DNA from: Sterolibacterium sp.
Lineage (GTDB): Bacteria > Pseudomonadota > Gammaproteobacteria > Burkholderiales > Rhodocyclaceae
DNA length: 64,000 nt
Reading direction: 5' to 3'
Assembly (NCBI GenBank): GCA_023258955.1
Contig: JAHFRE010000003.1
Span: forward strand, 1,952 to 65,951
The notes under the pieces were generated by a model. It made no database searches and was not told the origin of the DNA. It saw only the letters and a program-made list of their open reading frames with translations. Positions 26,946 through 36,480 of this stretch are shown piece after piece (position 1 is the first letter of the stretch; each line of letters starts with the position of its first letter). The translations under genes and the position numbers were made by a program.

Positions 26946-29900
26946 ATGGGGCTCCTTCTTGCGCGTGAGGGAGGGCTATCGAGCGCGAACATCCATTTCA
27001 TCGGCAGCGTCGAGTCAACCAATGCTTACGATGCGTTAACCGCAAGTGGCGCCTACGGCGTCGCCGCCACAGAAGCCGTCTATCCGGCAGTCGGCCAGCT
27101 AAATATCTACGCCGCCATGGTGGCGGCAAGCGGAGGCTACGTTGCGAGTAGCGGTCCGTACGGGCAGTCGCAGACCTTCCTAGCGAACGTCACCGGGCAG
27201 ATTCAGTCAATCGCTCTGCGCGGCTATCGAGACACCTCAGCCGCCGGTGTGCCGGCGCAACTTGGGCGCATTGCCCTGTTCTCGCTGACGGCCAATTCAG
27301 TGGCGGGGCTTCCGCAGACTCAGCTTGCCGCCATCACCTTCAACCTGATGACGCTCAGCACAACGCCGGGGCTGATCACCTTTGACTTTAGCCAGGTATC
27401 CGGTGCAACGGTGACGGCAGGCACATGGTACGCAGCGGTCTGGTGTCATGGCAGCGATTGGGGGAGTAACAACAGCAATCAGACGATGGGGTATTTCGAT
27501 GCCTCTGGCAACGTTTCTCCGAGCATTTCCACCAGCGGTTACACCGCGGCTGCGTCCTATCCGACCGGATGGGCCGCTGACACCTGGTCATACGACATCG
27601 AGGTTGTGGTTACCGGGTCGACGCCAGGTGCGGTAGATGCCGAGGCTGGAACGTTCTCAACGACTGTTGCTATGACCGAATCAGCGACAGCGGCCGATAG
27701 TCCGGTGGGCAGTTTTTTGGATGGCGTATTCAGCTTTGAGTTAAGCACGAATCCAACGTGGGATGGCAAAACCGTACTCCACAATCATCTGTCTACGTCA
27801 TCCGGCACGGTGTCCAATGACTCCGTGGCGATAGGTTGTCCCGGATCATTTGCCTATTCGGCAACACAGACGCTATTTGGACTTCAGAATAGCGCGTGGC
27901 AAAAATACACCGGCGGCTCGTGGAGTTTCGGAAATATCGGAATTTACACGGGCGCCCAATCGTTACTTCCGCAGACGTCATTGCCCATCTGGACGGTTGA
28001 GCTTTGGTATTTCCGAAACGCCGTCCAACCCACGGCTGGCGGCAATGATGCGTTCTATATCTACTGGGCTGGGTATGTCCCGCAGTACATTCGTTTCGAC
28101 GGGCTGAATGTGACTGTCAGGTTGGGCGCTAGCGCCCTGACGGTTACCGCGCCCGCGATTTCGATCAATGGTTGGCATCACATCGCGGTGCAAAATGACG
28201 GCACGACCATCATATTTTTCTTGGACGGTGTGCCGACGGTTGTGTCTTCCACGGATGGTAGTTTGAATCCCTTTGCTCTGAATACGTTTGATGTCTTTGG
28301 ACAGGACAACGATACCGGGGTCATCCATAACACCTACACCCAAGAGTTTCGCCTTTCAAACTGCGCAATCTACTCAAACAGCGGATTCACACCACCGACA
28401 GCCGCATTTGCTGATCCGATTTTATCGACGGATGTCACAGCCTCACCCATCACTGCGGCGATACCGGAAGCGGCGACGGCCACTGACAGCTTGCCCAAGC
28501 CCACAGGAATTACGGGCGTGGTGCAGACCGAGGCCACCGGCGGCACGCTCGAGGCCTCCGACGCATTCAACGGTGGGTACCAGGAAGAACACCTGACGCT
28601 GGTTGATAGCGTAACCAGTTTGGCAACAGCGAATGGCGCTCAGATGGAGCCGCTGGGCGACCCGGCAATCGCCCTGTACTGCAATTTTGAGGGCGGCGTG
28701 TGGGACCTGGCCGGGAACGGTTCTCAGGCCCTCGCCGGAGCGGCGACGATCCAGAACAGCATCGTAAAGTTTGGCAGCTACGCGCTTTCCTTCGGGAGCG
28801 CCGGCAATGCCTATCAATATACGCCGCTCGCGAACCACACAGAGACGATCCCTGTTTGGACGTATGAATGTTGGTATTACCCGGCCACCACATCGAGCTA
28901 CTGGTTCTACTTCTTCTATCCGGGTAATGGCATTGGTGGCTTTAACCTCGTATCCGCGACCAGTACCTATGGCACGGGGCTGTTCGTCGGGGTGGGGGTC
29001 GGCAGCTTCGCTCTGAATAATGCGGCGTGGAATCACCTCTGCTTGCAGTTCGACGGAACGACGCTCTGTTTTTTCGTGAACGGAACCGCGGTTACCCTGA
29101 CAAATAATACAGGTGCCGGCAAGTTCGCACTCAACCTGACACCTTGTGTGAATTGGGCTTGGTACACGGGGCCGTCTGGCAACGCCGCCTATCTTGATGA
29201 AGTCATTCTGACCCGCGCGGCCAAGTACAGCAACAGCGGGTTTACACCGCCAACGACGCCGTTGAGCTACTACGCCGCCAGTGACACGATGGCAGCACCG
29301 GTGCAAGGAGGCCTCACCGAAGCGGCGACGGGTGCCGATGTGGTTGCCACTCCGAATACTTCCTGGAACCCAACGCAGACCGAGGCGGCTGCTGCGGCAG
29401 ACCCGCAGGGTGCCATGGGTGGAGCCGAAAATCAGCTTGAAGCCGTAATGGGCGCTGACGCTGTTGCTGTGCTATCAACCTATGGCGTGGTGGATAGCGA
29501 ATCGATATCGCTGAGCGATGTTTCTGTCGGCGGCGTTCCTTTCGCAGTAACCGATACCGAAGCAACGACTGGGAGCGACAACGGGGCGGTGACCGCTTCC
29601 TCGCCGCATTGGATTCTCGAGCGCGGAACGCCGGACGCGAATACTTACCTCTTGTACCACTGTGCTGATGGTTCGAGTGCTTGCGGTGGTCCGGCCTTTT
29701 CTGGAACTTTCGGAAGCACTCATACGACACTGGGGTTTGCGACAAGCCTGACGCTGCCGGGATACGGGTTGATATATTTCCCTGTAACGCAAACGCTGCC
29801 AGCACCCGCCAATTTAGGGAAGATTTGGACGATAGAATTTTGGGTGTACACGACAGTCACTTTTAACGCGATTGTGATGGAGACGTCTACTGGGGCATCC

Positions 29901-32900
29901 GCGATGCTTCAGGTAACGTCCGGCGCGTCAAGTAGTATTTATACCGGCAGTTCGGGTAGCTATTTCACGGCCCCAGCGATTTCGACGAATGCTTGGCACC
30001 ATATTGCAGTCCAGTGCGATGGAACAAGCGCCTACTTCTTCTTAGACGGTTCTCCTACGTTGGTCGGGACGAATGTCGCGGCCCATGACTACGATTTGTC
30101 CGGTAGCGCTAGTGTATTTGGGTTGGTCAACGCGGACGGGATGAACACGATCTACGTCCAAGAGTTTCGCGTCTCGACTATTGCTCGCTACGCCAATAGC
30201 GGATTTACATCGCCCACAGTTCCATTCACTGTTGTGGGGGCGGCAGATGCGGGCGACGGCAAGCTGCCGACGTCCTGCTACCTCCCCGAGACGATGTCCA
30301 ACAATGCCCTTGCGTCGTCGTTGGCGTATGGCAATGGCGCGCCCTATGTCAAATACCTCGACAGCGCTTCGACCATCTATGGCTACGGGGTGACTTTCAT
30401 CGCCTCTGTTACGGCGCACCTTGGCCCGGTCACTGCTTACGTCTACAAGAACAATCATTCCAATCCACCGGCACAGCCGGGTACAGTTGAACTTTGGCAG
30501 TTGGCGAGCAATTCGATTTCGGCGATGCCAAGTACCAAATTGGCGTCGTTGACGTTCACCCAGGCATCCGCTCCAACATCCGGACTGTTTTGCGTAGATT
30601 TCACTGCGGTAAGTGGGGCGAATGTGACTGCTGGGGTCGGCTATGCGGTGGTCTTCTATCGCGGGTCAGATTGGACAGGGACCAACGATCAGTTTGCGTT
30701 GCTTGCCCAGTATTGGGGCATGCCGTCGCCAATGGCAGTGATCTGGAATCAGAATGGCGTAGCGTGGTACGCGGAAAGCAACTACTCGCCGGGAATACTT
30801 GTTGAATACGTGACGCCGCAAGATGCCGCCAACGGCATTGGTGGTTTGACGCTTGTCTCCATTACAGAGGCCTTGGCAGGCGTTGATGCGTCTGACTATA
30901 ACGCGGGAATGAACGCGAATGAGGCGGCGGCTTGTTCTGACAGCGCCTCGACGATAGTGACTTTCTATGGGGATCAGTCAAATTCCGTACATGGCCCGGT
31001 CCAACACGATTACACGCAGCTTATTTCCCGCGTTGGTTCATCTGACTACTGGATCGGTGGTGATGGTAGGTCGGGCCACACGTTCCAAGCAACTGCGTCA
31101 GGACAACTGGGTGCCGTGTTGTTTTGCATGCGTCAGGGATGGGGCCTTGTAACCCCAACCGCGACAGGAAGCATCGAGCTTTGGGTAACGGCCGGTGGCG
31201 GGCCAAGTGGCATTCCAACGACACAGATCGCATCCGTTCCTCTTCCTTGGTCGAGTCTAACAACGACTGACACATGGTATTCGTTCGACTTCACCATGGT
31301 TGGTGGCGCCGTGTTGTCGAGTGGGACTTGGTATTACATCTGCATTCACACTGGCTCCGATTGGGATGGTGCCAATAATCACCTTGTTGCCGTTCTGTGC
31401 AATACGGGCGGCATCGCTTCTTCTGCGACTACCGAGTACGGCGGCACGACCACTGCAACGGACGGTGGAAGTTGGAGCACCTACGGCAACGATTGGATGA
31501 TGATCGTCCAGATGGCCGGTAATGCTGACACGCTCATGGGTAATTGGGTAACAACCGTGTGGGGCGCTGAGGCTGCGACCGGGACTGACAGCCCTGCGGG
31601 CGGCTACACGGTGGCGATGCCAGAGGCGGCAACAAGCACAGATGGGCTGATATCAACCGCAATCGTCCCTATGGTTGGCTTAGAGCCTGCTACAGGTGCT
31701 GACGTACCAGTGGGTGCATTCGTTTCTCCGCAGGCAATAGCCGAAATAGGAACCGGAACCGACGTAAAGGACTCAACCTGTGTTACAGGCGCAACGGAAA
31801 TCGAATCCGCAGCGGGATCGGATGTGCCAGCGGCGACGGCGATCCTTGTCGGTACTGAATCTGAGGCTGCAAGTTCGGTTGATTCTCCTGTTTCTGTATT
31901 CGCGTTTGGCGTTGCTGACACAGAAACTGCAGCTGGTGGAGACGCACCCGTGGTGTCGGCGAGTTTTGCCAGCACACTCAGCGAATCGGGGGCGCTTGCA
32001 GATACAACAGACGGAGTAGGGCCAGAGAGTGCGACGATTACTGAACCGACTACAGCTGCTGATGCGAGCTCCACATCCGGTGTGCAGCCTGCCTCGATCC
32101 CCGAGGGTGCGACAGCCGCAGACGCCCCTGTTTCAACCTTCGTCACAAGCGCTGTGGAATCGGAGGCGGCAACCGGTGCTGACGCACCTGTTGGTGCAAA
32201 TGCTACTGCGGCAGCGGGATTGGAAGCCACAAGTGGTACGGATTTACCTATTGGCCAGAATGTCACGTCCTCTGCGGGAACAGAAGCGGCAAGTGCGTCG
32301 GACGCTGCAACTGGTGGGAATGTTGCCGTTGCGTCGATAGCAGAAAGCGCAACTGCTGCTGACGTTTTGGCTGCTGCTGCGCTATTTGTCGGTGCGCGAG
32401 CTGAGGCTGCATCTTCTGCCGAAGCGATTATTGCCGCAGCCGCGTTCGTGAGTGCCATGAGCGAGACGGTGAGTGGAGCAGATGCCGAAACTGTCACCGC
32501 TCTGCTGGTCAGTGCGATCACCGAAGCTGTAGCTGCTGGCGACGCCACGGACGGGGTCGGGCCGCAGGGCGTTACAGTCAGCGAGGTCGCTGCCGGATCT
32601 GATATACAGGTCGCGGCGGCTGGATTTATTGCGGCGGCGACCGCAGCCATGGCTGCCTTGGACGCAGCCGATGCCGCCAATGCGGGGGGCAATGCACCCC
32701 AATCTGAGATGGCCACAGCAATGGACGCCCCGGCTGCATTGGCGCTCTTTGTTGCGGCGCTGACGGAGGCGGCAACAGGAGCAGACGTCCCAACGGCAAC
32801 CGCCGTGTTCGTAGCAGACACCGCCGGCGCGGCGACGGCGACCGAGCTTGCAGGAGTAGCAGCAGCGTTCGTCGGCGCCGCTGTCGAAAATGCCTCAGGG

Positions 32901-33950
32901 GTGGATACGGTGTCCGCATTCTGGGTTGCCTATGCCTCGCTCACGGAGGCGAGTACCGTTGCCGATGCGATTGCCCTGATGGGCCTATTCGTGGGCGCGG
33001 TGGCAGAAGCTTCTATCGGTGCCGACATTGAGGGAGCCTGGACCGGTGTCACGCGGGCGATGGCGGAAGCCCTCACGGGAATTGATACAGGCTCCGCCAC
33101 GATGGCTGGCGCCGGCCAACAGTTGGAAGTGGGTGTCTCGAGCGATTTGCCGGCTGGCGTTGGCACCGTGCCCGTGCTGGAGACGGAGTCGGTGGCTGGC
33201 ACCGATGGCACTGCGGCCGTGTTTGCCTCGCCGCAAGCAATCGAAGAGGTGAGCGTGGCTAGCGATGGCAAGGCGGGGCAACTGGCAGCAGTGGGTGCGA
33301 GCAACGAATTGGCACTTGCTGCCGATGTCGGAGCCAGCACGATGGCCGCTGTTGCTTCTACCGGCGAACTGACTTCTGCTGTTGATGGTTCGGCGGGCGC
33401 CGTTGCCTTCACCCTCGTGATGGCGGAGTCGGCACTGGCAGGTGACGGTGGAACTGCGACGTTCTCCGCAGTGGCGGCAGCGCTTGAAGCGATTGCTGGC
33501 GTTGACTGGCCTGCGGCGGCGTTGAGCGCTGCAGCAGATTTGGTCGTCAGCGTGACCGCAGCGGATTGGTTGGGTGCCGCGACCGTGGCGAACGCCGAGG
33601 CGGCTGAAGCGGTTGTGGCTCTTGAGGAGACCGGCGGCGAGGCTGGCCAATGGGTGGGGATTTACGAGGTCGTGTCGGCGACTGAGTCCGGGATAGTGGA
33701 ACTGGCGCGCTTGGCATTCGGCCTGGAGGACGTCAGCACCACAGACTTGGTCCTGGCGAACGTGAATTTTCATGTTGGCACGGTCGAGTACGTCGTGGCA
33801 GTCGATCTCTGGACCGGCGTTCTGTGGGTCTTTGACCACCGCTTCGTCGTCTCCGGCGCCGGTCGATCGTTCTCAGTTCAGCGTGGCGGCATTTCGCCGG
33901 TCGCGATGGGGCCAAGGCATTTTGAGGTGACGGAGGCCGGCACGACATGA
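26946..33950 (+). CDS. Giant (2334 aa) multi-domain virion-module protein: 3 LamG/concanavalin-like domains, 3 copies of a second ~150-aa domain, long 20-residue-periodic repeat region
   Basis: Uninterrupted 7005-nt ORF. Three copies of W(T)xExW.Y...W(H/N)H(I/L)..Q.DGT...FF(L/V)(D/N)G...(Y/F)...(F/V)....A.Y(S/A)NSGFT.PT at about aa 285-490, 575-775 and 890-1095. Three copies of a QxF.A...G.....(I/V)(A/E)L....(P).....(L/I)A......GA.(V/L)..G..Y......G(S)DW domain at about aa 60-215, 1140-1290 and 1375-1525. Confidence 0.85.
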   Translation: MGLLLAREGGLSSANIHFIGSVESTNAYDALTASGAYGVAATEAVYPAVGQLNIYAAMVAASGGYVASSGPYGQSQTFLANVTGQIQSIALRGYRDTSAAGVPAQLGRIALFSLTANSVAGLPQTQLAAITFNLMTLSTTPGLITFDFSQVSGATVTAGTWYAAVWCHGSDWGSNNSNQTMGYFDASGNVSPSISTSGYTAAASYPTGWAADTWSYDIEVVVTGSTPGAVDAEAGTFSTTVAMTESATAADSPVGSFLDGVFSFELSTNPTWDGKTVLHNHLSTSSGTVSNDSVAIGCPGSFAYSATQTLFGLQNSAWQKYTGGSWSFGNIGIYTGAQSLLPQTSLPIWTVELWYFRNAVQPTAGGNDAFYIYWAGYVPQYIRFDGLNVTVRLGASALTVTAPAISINGWHHIAVQNDGTTIIFFLDGVPTVVSSTDGSLNPFALNTFDVFGQDNDTGVIHNTYTQEFRLSNCAIYSNSGFTPPTAAFADPILSTDVTASPITAAIPEAATATDSLPKPTGITGVVQTEATGGTLEASDAFNGGYQEEHLTLVDSVTSLATANGAQMEPLGDPAIALYCNFEGGVWDLAGNGSQALAGAATIQNSIVKFGSYALSFGSAGNAYQYTPLANHTETIPVWTYECWYYPATTSSYWFYFFYPGNGIGGFNLVSATSTYGTGLFVGVGVGSFALNNAAWNHLCLQFDGTTLCFFVNGTAVTLTNNTGAGKFALNLTPCVNWAWYTGPSGNAAYLDEVILTRAAKYSNSGFTPPTTPLSYYAASDTMAAPVQGGLTEAATGADVVATPNTSWNPTQTEAAAAADPQGAMGGAENQLEAVMGADAVAVLSTYGVVDSESISLSDVSVGGVPFAVTDTEATTGSDNGAVTASSPHWILERGTPDANTYLLYHCADGSSACGGPAFSGTFGSTHTTLGFATSLTLPGYGLIYFPVTQTLPAPANLGKIWTIEFWVYTTVTFNAIVMETSTGASAMLQVTSGASSSIYTGSSGSYFTAPAISTNAWHHIAVQCDGTSAYFFLDGSPTLVGTNVAAHDYDLSGSASVFGLVNADGMNTIYVQEFRVSTIARYANSGFTSPTVPFTVVGAADAGDGKLPTSCYLPETMSNNALASSLAYGNGAPYVKYLDSASTIYGYGVTFIASVTAHLGPVTAYVYKNNHSNPPAQPGTVELWQLASNSISAMPSTKLASLTFTQASAPTSGLFCVDFTAVSGANVTAGVGYAVVFYRGSDWTGTNDQFALLAQYWGMPSPMAVIWNQNGVAWYAESNYSPGILVEYVTPQDAANGIGGLTLVSITEALAGVDASDYNAGMNANEAAACSDSASTIVTFYGDQSNSVHGPVQHDYTQLISRVGSSDYWIGGDGRSGHTFQATASGQLGAVLFCMRQGWGLVTPTATGSIELWVTAGGGPSGIPTTQIASVPLPWSSLTTTDTWYSFDFTMVGGAVLSSGTWYYICIHTGSDWDGANNHLVAVLCNTGGIASSATTEYGGTTTATDGGSWSTYGNDWMMIVQMAGNADTLMGNWVTTVWGAEAATGTDSPAGGYTVAMPEAATSTDGLISTAIVPMVGLEPATGADVPVGAFVSPQAIAEIGTGTDVKDSTCVTGATEIESAAGSDVPAATAILVGTESEAASSVDSPVSVFAFGVADTETAAGGDAPVVSASFASTLSESGALADTTDGVGPESATITEPTTAADASSTSGVQPASIPEGATAADAPVSTFVTSAVESEAATGADAPVGANATAAAGLEATSGTDLPIGQNVTSSAGTEAASASDAATGGNVAVASIAESATAADVLAAAALFVGARAEAASSAEAIIAAAAFVSAMSETVSGADAETVTALLVSAITEAVAAGDATDGVGPQGVTVSEVAAGSDIQVAAAGFIAAATAAMAALDAADAANAGGNAPQSEMATAMDAPAALALFVAALTEAATGADVPTATAVFVADTAGAATATELAGVAAAFVGAAVENASGVDTVSAFWVAYASLTEASTVADAIALMGLFVGAVAEASIGADIEGAWTGVTRAMAEALTGIDTGSATMAGAGQQLEVGVSSDLPAGVGTVPVLETESVAGTDGTAAVFASPQAIEEVSVASDGKAGQLAAVGASNELALAADVGASTMAAVASTGELTSAVDGSAGAVAFTLVMAESALAGDGGTATFSAVAAALEAIAGVDWPAAALSAAADLVVSVTAADWLGAATVANAEAAEAVVALEETGGEAGQWVGIYEVVSATESGIVELARLAFGLEDVSTTDLVLANVNFHVGTVEYVVAVDLWTGVLWVFDHRFVVSGAGRSFSVQRGGISPVAMGPRHFEVTEAGTT
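31569..33845 (+). repeat. About 38 consecutive degenerate 60-nt (20-aa) coding repeats, consensus E-x5-D-x13
   Basis: Glu falls at residues 1560, 1580, ... 1880, then 1921, 1941 ... 2281, with Asp (rarely Glu) six residues later. There is only one 1-residue indel. The DNA copies are diverged. Confidence 0.85.
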
Positions 33951-33987
33951 ACGATGGAATCGTTGCCAGTGCTTGTGAGAGGTCCCG

Positions 33988-34305
33988 ATGACCGCGCGCC
34001 TGGATACTAAGGACCCCGAAGAAGCGCTCACCCTGACCTTCGACTTCTCGGTGGGACTTGGCGCGGACGATCTTCTGACGGGCACGCCGACCGTGACAGT
34101 CGCCGTCCTGATTGGGCGGGATCCTGGTCCAGCCGGCCTCTTGAATGGCTCGCCGGCGATCGATGGCACATCGACGCGCGTCTATCTGCCGGTTCAGGCG
34201 GGCAACGAGGGTTGCGATTATCTGATCAAAGTGGTTTGTGCGACAACGAACCCATCCAAGGTCCTGGCGCTCTCCGCCGTGCTGCCGGTCCGTTCCTTGA
34301 ACTGA
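33988..34305 (+). CDS. Small beta-sandwich-like virion protein (pattern reminiscent of phage fibre/tail adaptor-type proteins)
   Basis: LDTKDPEEALTLTFDFS..L..DDLLTG.PTVTV...G...YLIKV pattern. Assignment is from memory only. Confidence 0.45.
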   Translation: MTARLDTKDPEEALTLTFDFSVGLGADDLLTGTPTVTVAVLIGRDPGPAGLLNGSPAIDGTSTRVYLPVQAGNEGCDYLIKVVCATTNPSKVLALSAVLPVRSLN

Positions 34306-34364
34306 GGGACGGTCGAATCTGATAAGCCAGGGCGCTTAAGGGCGCTCTTTTTACTGGGAAATCC

Positions 34365-35213
34365 ATGCCCCTCCAGCTTCTGACCCCGCCAGCGGCTGAG
34401 CCGTTGCATCTTAACGATGCGATCGCCCACATCAAGCAAGACGCCGGGATCGATGACGCCCATATCCTGGCCACCATCGTTGCGGCGCGGAAGTCCGTCG
34501 AGAACCGGACCTGGCGGCAGCTGGTGGCTGCGCGCTACCGGCAGGTCTTGGATAGCTTTCCGGGGATGGGGGAGTTTGGTACCCGTTGGGGCTACCCCTT
34601 CATGCTACCGAGCAATGCCATCCTCCTGGATCGGGCGCCGGTGTTGCATGTCGAGTCGATCCAGTACCTGGCCATGGATGGCAGCACGCAAACGATGCCA
34701 GCGGCCGACTATACGGTGGACTATGCCTGCGAGCCGTGCCGGATCACCCCGCTCTTCGGCAAGATCTGGCCGATTCCGCTGCCGCAGATCGGAGCGGCGT
34801 GGGTAACGTTCAGCACTGGATTCGCTTCGCCGATTGTGGCGGATCCGGTCGCCGATACGGTGTCAGTCAAGATCTGGCGGCCGCTCGCCGTGGGCGACGT
34901 GGTCCAGTTCTCGAACAGCGGGGGCATTCCGCCCGCACCACTGCAGATCAACACCGACTACACCCTGGTTTCTGTCCTGGCGGACGGCGTGTTTCAGGTC
35001 GCGTTGGCGGCTGGCGCCGCGGCTATTGATATTACTGACCGCGGCATTGGCCAGACTTTCATCGGCGAGGTGCCTGGCGACATTCTCGCCTGGATACGGA
35101 TGCGCGTGGGCTCCTTGGATGTCTTCCGGGAAGAGGCTATTGCTATGAGCCGCGGCAAGATTGAGAACCTGCCCTTCGTCGATTCGCTCTTTGATAGCTA
35201 CACGACCTGGTGA
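34365..35213 (+). CDS. Head-tail connector (gp6-like) with C-terminal extension
   Basis: EPLHLNDAIAHIKQDAGIDDAHILATIVAARKSVENRTWRQL is the gp6-like N-terminal signature. Confidence 0.75.
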   Translation: MPLQLLTPPAAEPLHLNDAIAHIKQDAGIDDAHILATIVAARKSVENRTWRQLVAARYRQVLDSFPGMGEFGTRWGYPFMLPSNAILLDRAPVLHVESIQYLAMDGSTQTMPAADYTVDYACEPCRITPLFGKIWPIPLPQIGAAWVTFSTGFASPIVADPVADTVSVKIWRPLAVGDVVQFSNSGGIPPAPLQINTDYTLVSVLADGVFQVALAAGAAAIDITDRGIGQTFIGEVPGDILAWIRMRVGSLDVFREEAIAMSRGKIENLPFVDSLFDSYTTW

Positions 35214-35216
35214 GCC

Positions 35217-35570
35217 ATGGCTGTCGTCTTCAAGTCTGGCGACCTTCGCCACAGGGTCGATATCCAGCTGCCAGTGGTTGCAACCGGCGAGATCGGGGGT
35301 GGGATCAAGACCTGGCAGACGGTTGCGAGCGTGGCGGCATCCATCACACCGACGTCCGGATCAGAACGCATGGCCGCGGCGGCGATTCAGTCGTCGGTCA
35401 GCCACACCATCATGATCCGCTGGAAGGCGATCTTTTCGGATCCGAAGGTGGTGGCGACGATGCGCGTCGTCTTCGGCACTCGGATCTTCAACATTCACGA
35501 TAGCGAGAACGTGGAAGAGCGCAATCGCATCATCGTGTTATCGGCCTCGGAGGGGATGAATGATGGCTGA
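35217..35570 (+). CDS. Head closure / head-tail adaptor protein
   Basis: LRHRVDIQ.....GE.GG..KTWQTVASV.ASI.P.SG.E matches the head-tail adaptor pattern. Confidence 0.75.
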   Translation: MAVVFKSGDLRHRVDIQLPVVATGEIGGGIKTWQTVASVAASITPTSGSERMAAAAIQSSVSHTIMIRWKAIFSDPKVVATMRVVFGTRIFNIHDSENVEERNRIIVLSASEGMNDG

Positions 35571-36039
35571 GGCAAGCGTGGAGGGCCTGTCTGATCTGTG
35601 GGCGGCCATGCAGGACGTGCCGGTCAAGATCGAGACCAATATCCTGCGCGGGGGACTGCGCGCGATGGCTATTCCGATCCAGCAGGAAGCGAAGAGCCTG
35701 GTGCACAGCGTGTCGGGCGACCTGGCGAAGTCAATTCGGATTGCGACCGGTTCGAGAAATGGGACGGTGTACGCCAAGGTGATCGCCGGCAAGAACAACA
35801 AGCCGGGCGATCCCTTTTACGCGCACATGGTCGAGTTTGGCACCGCGGCGCATTGGATCAAGCCCAGATACACCAAGTCGCTCGCCTTCGGCGGCGTGAT
35901 GCGCGATGCCGTGCGCCACCCAGGCGCGCAGAAGAAGCCGTTCATGCGCCCGGCCATGGATGGGCGGGCCCAGGAGGGATTGGAAGCCATGGCGGATTAC
36001 ATGGCGGACCGGCTGCCCAAAGAACTCGCCAAGCTGTGA
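35560..36039 (+). CDS. HK97 gp10-like tail-completion protein
   Basis: Pattern, size and position resemble HK97 gp10. Confidence 0.65.
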   Translation: MMAEASVEGLSDLWAAMQDVPVKIETNILRGGLRAMAIPIQQEAKSLVHSVSGDLAKSIRIATGSRNGTVYAKVIAGKNNKPGDPFYAHMVEFGTAAHWIKPRYTKSLAFGGVMRDAVRHPGAQKKPFMRPAMDGRAQEGLEAMADYMADRLPKELAKL

Positions 36040-36434
36040 AACCAGAAAAGGTCCTTTTTACCTTGCTCTCTGCCAGTGCGGGAGTTGTGGCGCTGGCCGG
36101 TCATCGCCTCTACGCGGATGCTGCGCCCCAAGGGACGATTAAACCGTTCATTGTCCTTGGCCTCCTTGGCGACCAACCGATACACCCCATCGATGCCACG
36201 CCGGGCATGGATCCCTGGACGGCGAGGGTGCAGGTGAATTGTTTTGGTGGGACATCGGAATCAGCGAAGGGTTTGGCTGAGGCGGCAATTACCGCCTGCG
36301 AAAAGGAAAACGGGATCATCGGCGGTGTGCAGGTCATCTTGATTCGCGTCGACACGCGCGTCGCTTCGCATTACGACATGGACGTCGACACCTACCAGCA
36401 AGCCGTCGATTTCTTTGTGCATTACTACCGATAG
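36036..36434 (+). CDS. DUF3168-like tail terminator candidate
   Basis: GTGA overlap start. The LSASAGVVALAGHRLYADAAPQG...PFIV pattern resembles DUF3168. Confidence 0.6.
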   Translation: MKPEKVLFTLLSASAGVVALAGHRLYADAAPQGTIKPFIVLGLLGDQPIHPIDATPGMDPWTARVQVNCFGGTSESAKGLAEAAITACEKENGIIGGVQVILIRVDTRVASHYDMDVDTYQQAVDFFVHYYR

Positions 36435-36457
36435 CACCTTTCAACCGCAATACCGCA

Positions 36458-36480
36458 GCCGCCCGTGAGGCGGCCTTTTT
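36458..36480 (+). terminator. Intrinsic-terminator-like hairpin immediately 5' of the tail tube gene
   Basis: GCCGCC-CGTGA-GGCGGC followed by C TTTTT. Ends 6 nt before the AAGGAG RBS. Confidence 0.55.

Noticed and set aside
31604-32821. 405-codon antisense ORF (plus 32930..33412 and 32985..33839) inside the repeat region of the giant gene
   Set aside because: Ala/Gly/Thr-rich GC-biased codons on the sense strand leave the complementary frames free of stops. The antisense product is low-complexity A/S/V/T, with no start context and no motif. I treat it as a compositional artefact, although ribosome profiling could formally test it.
26946-33950. Possibility that the giant gene is a diversity-generating retroelement (DGR) target
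   Set aside because: No reverse transcriptase gene is present, and I found no near-identical template/variable repeat pair with A-specific mismatches anywhere in the window.
35598-36035. 5' part of the 278-codon ORF 35598..36434
   Set aside because: It overlaps the well-supported gp10-like gene in another frame. Only the 3' part from the GTG at 36036 looks real.
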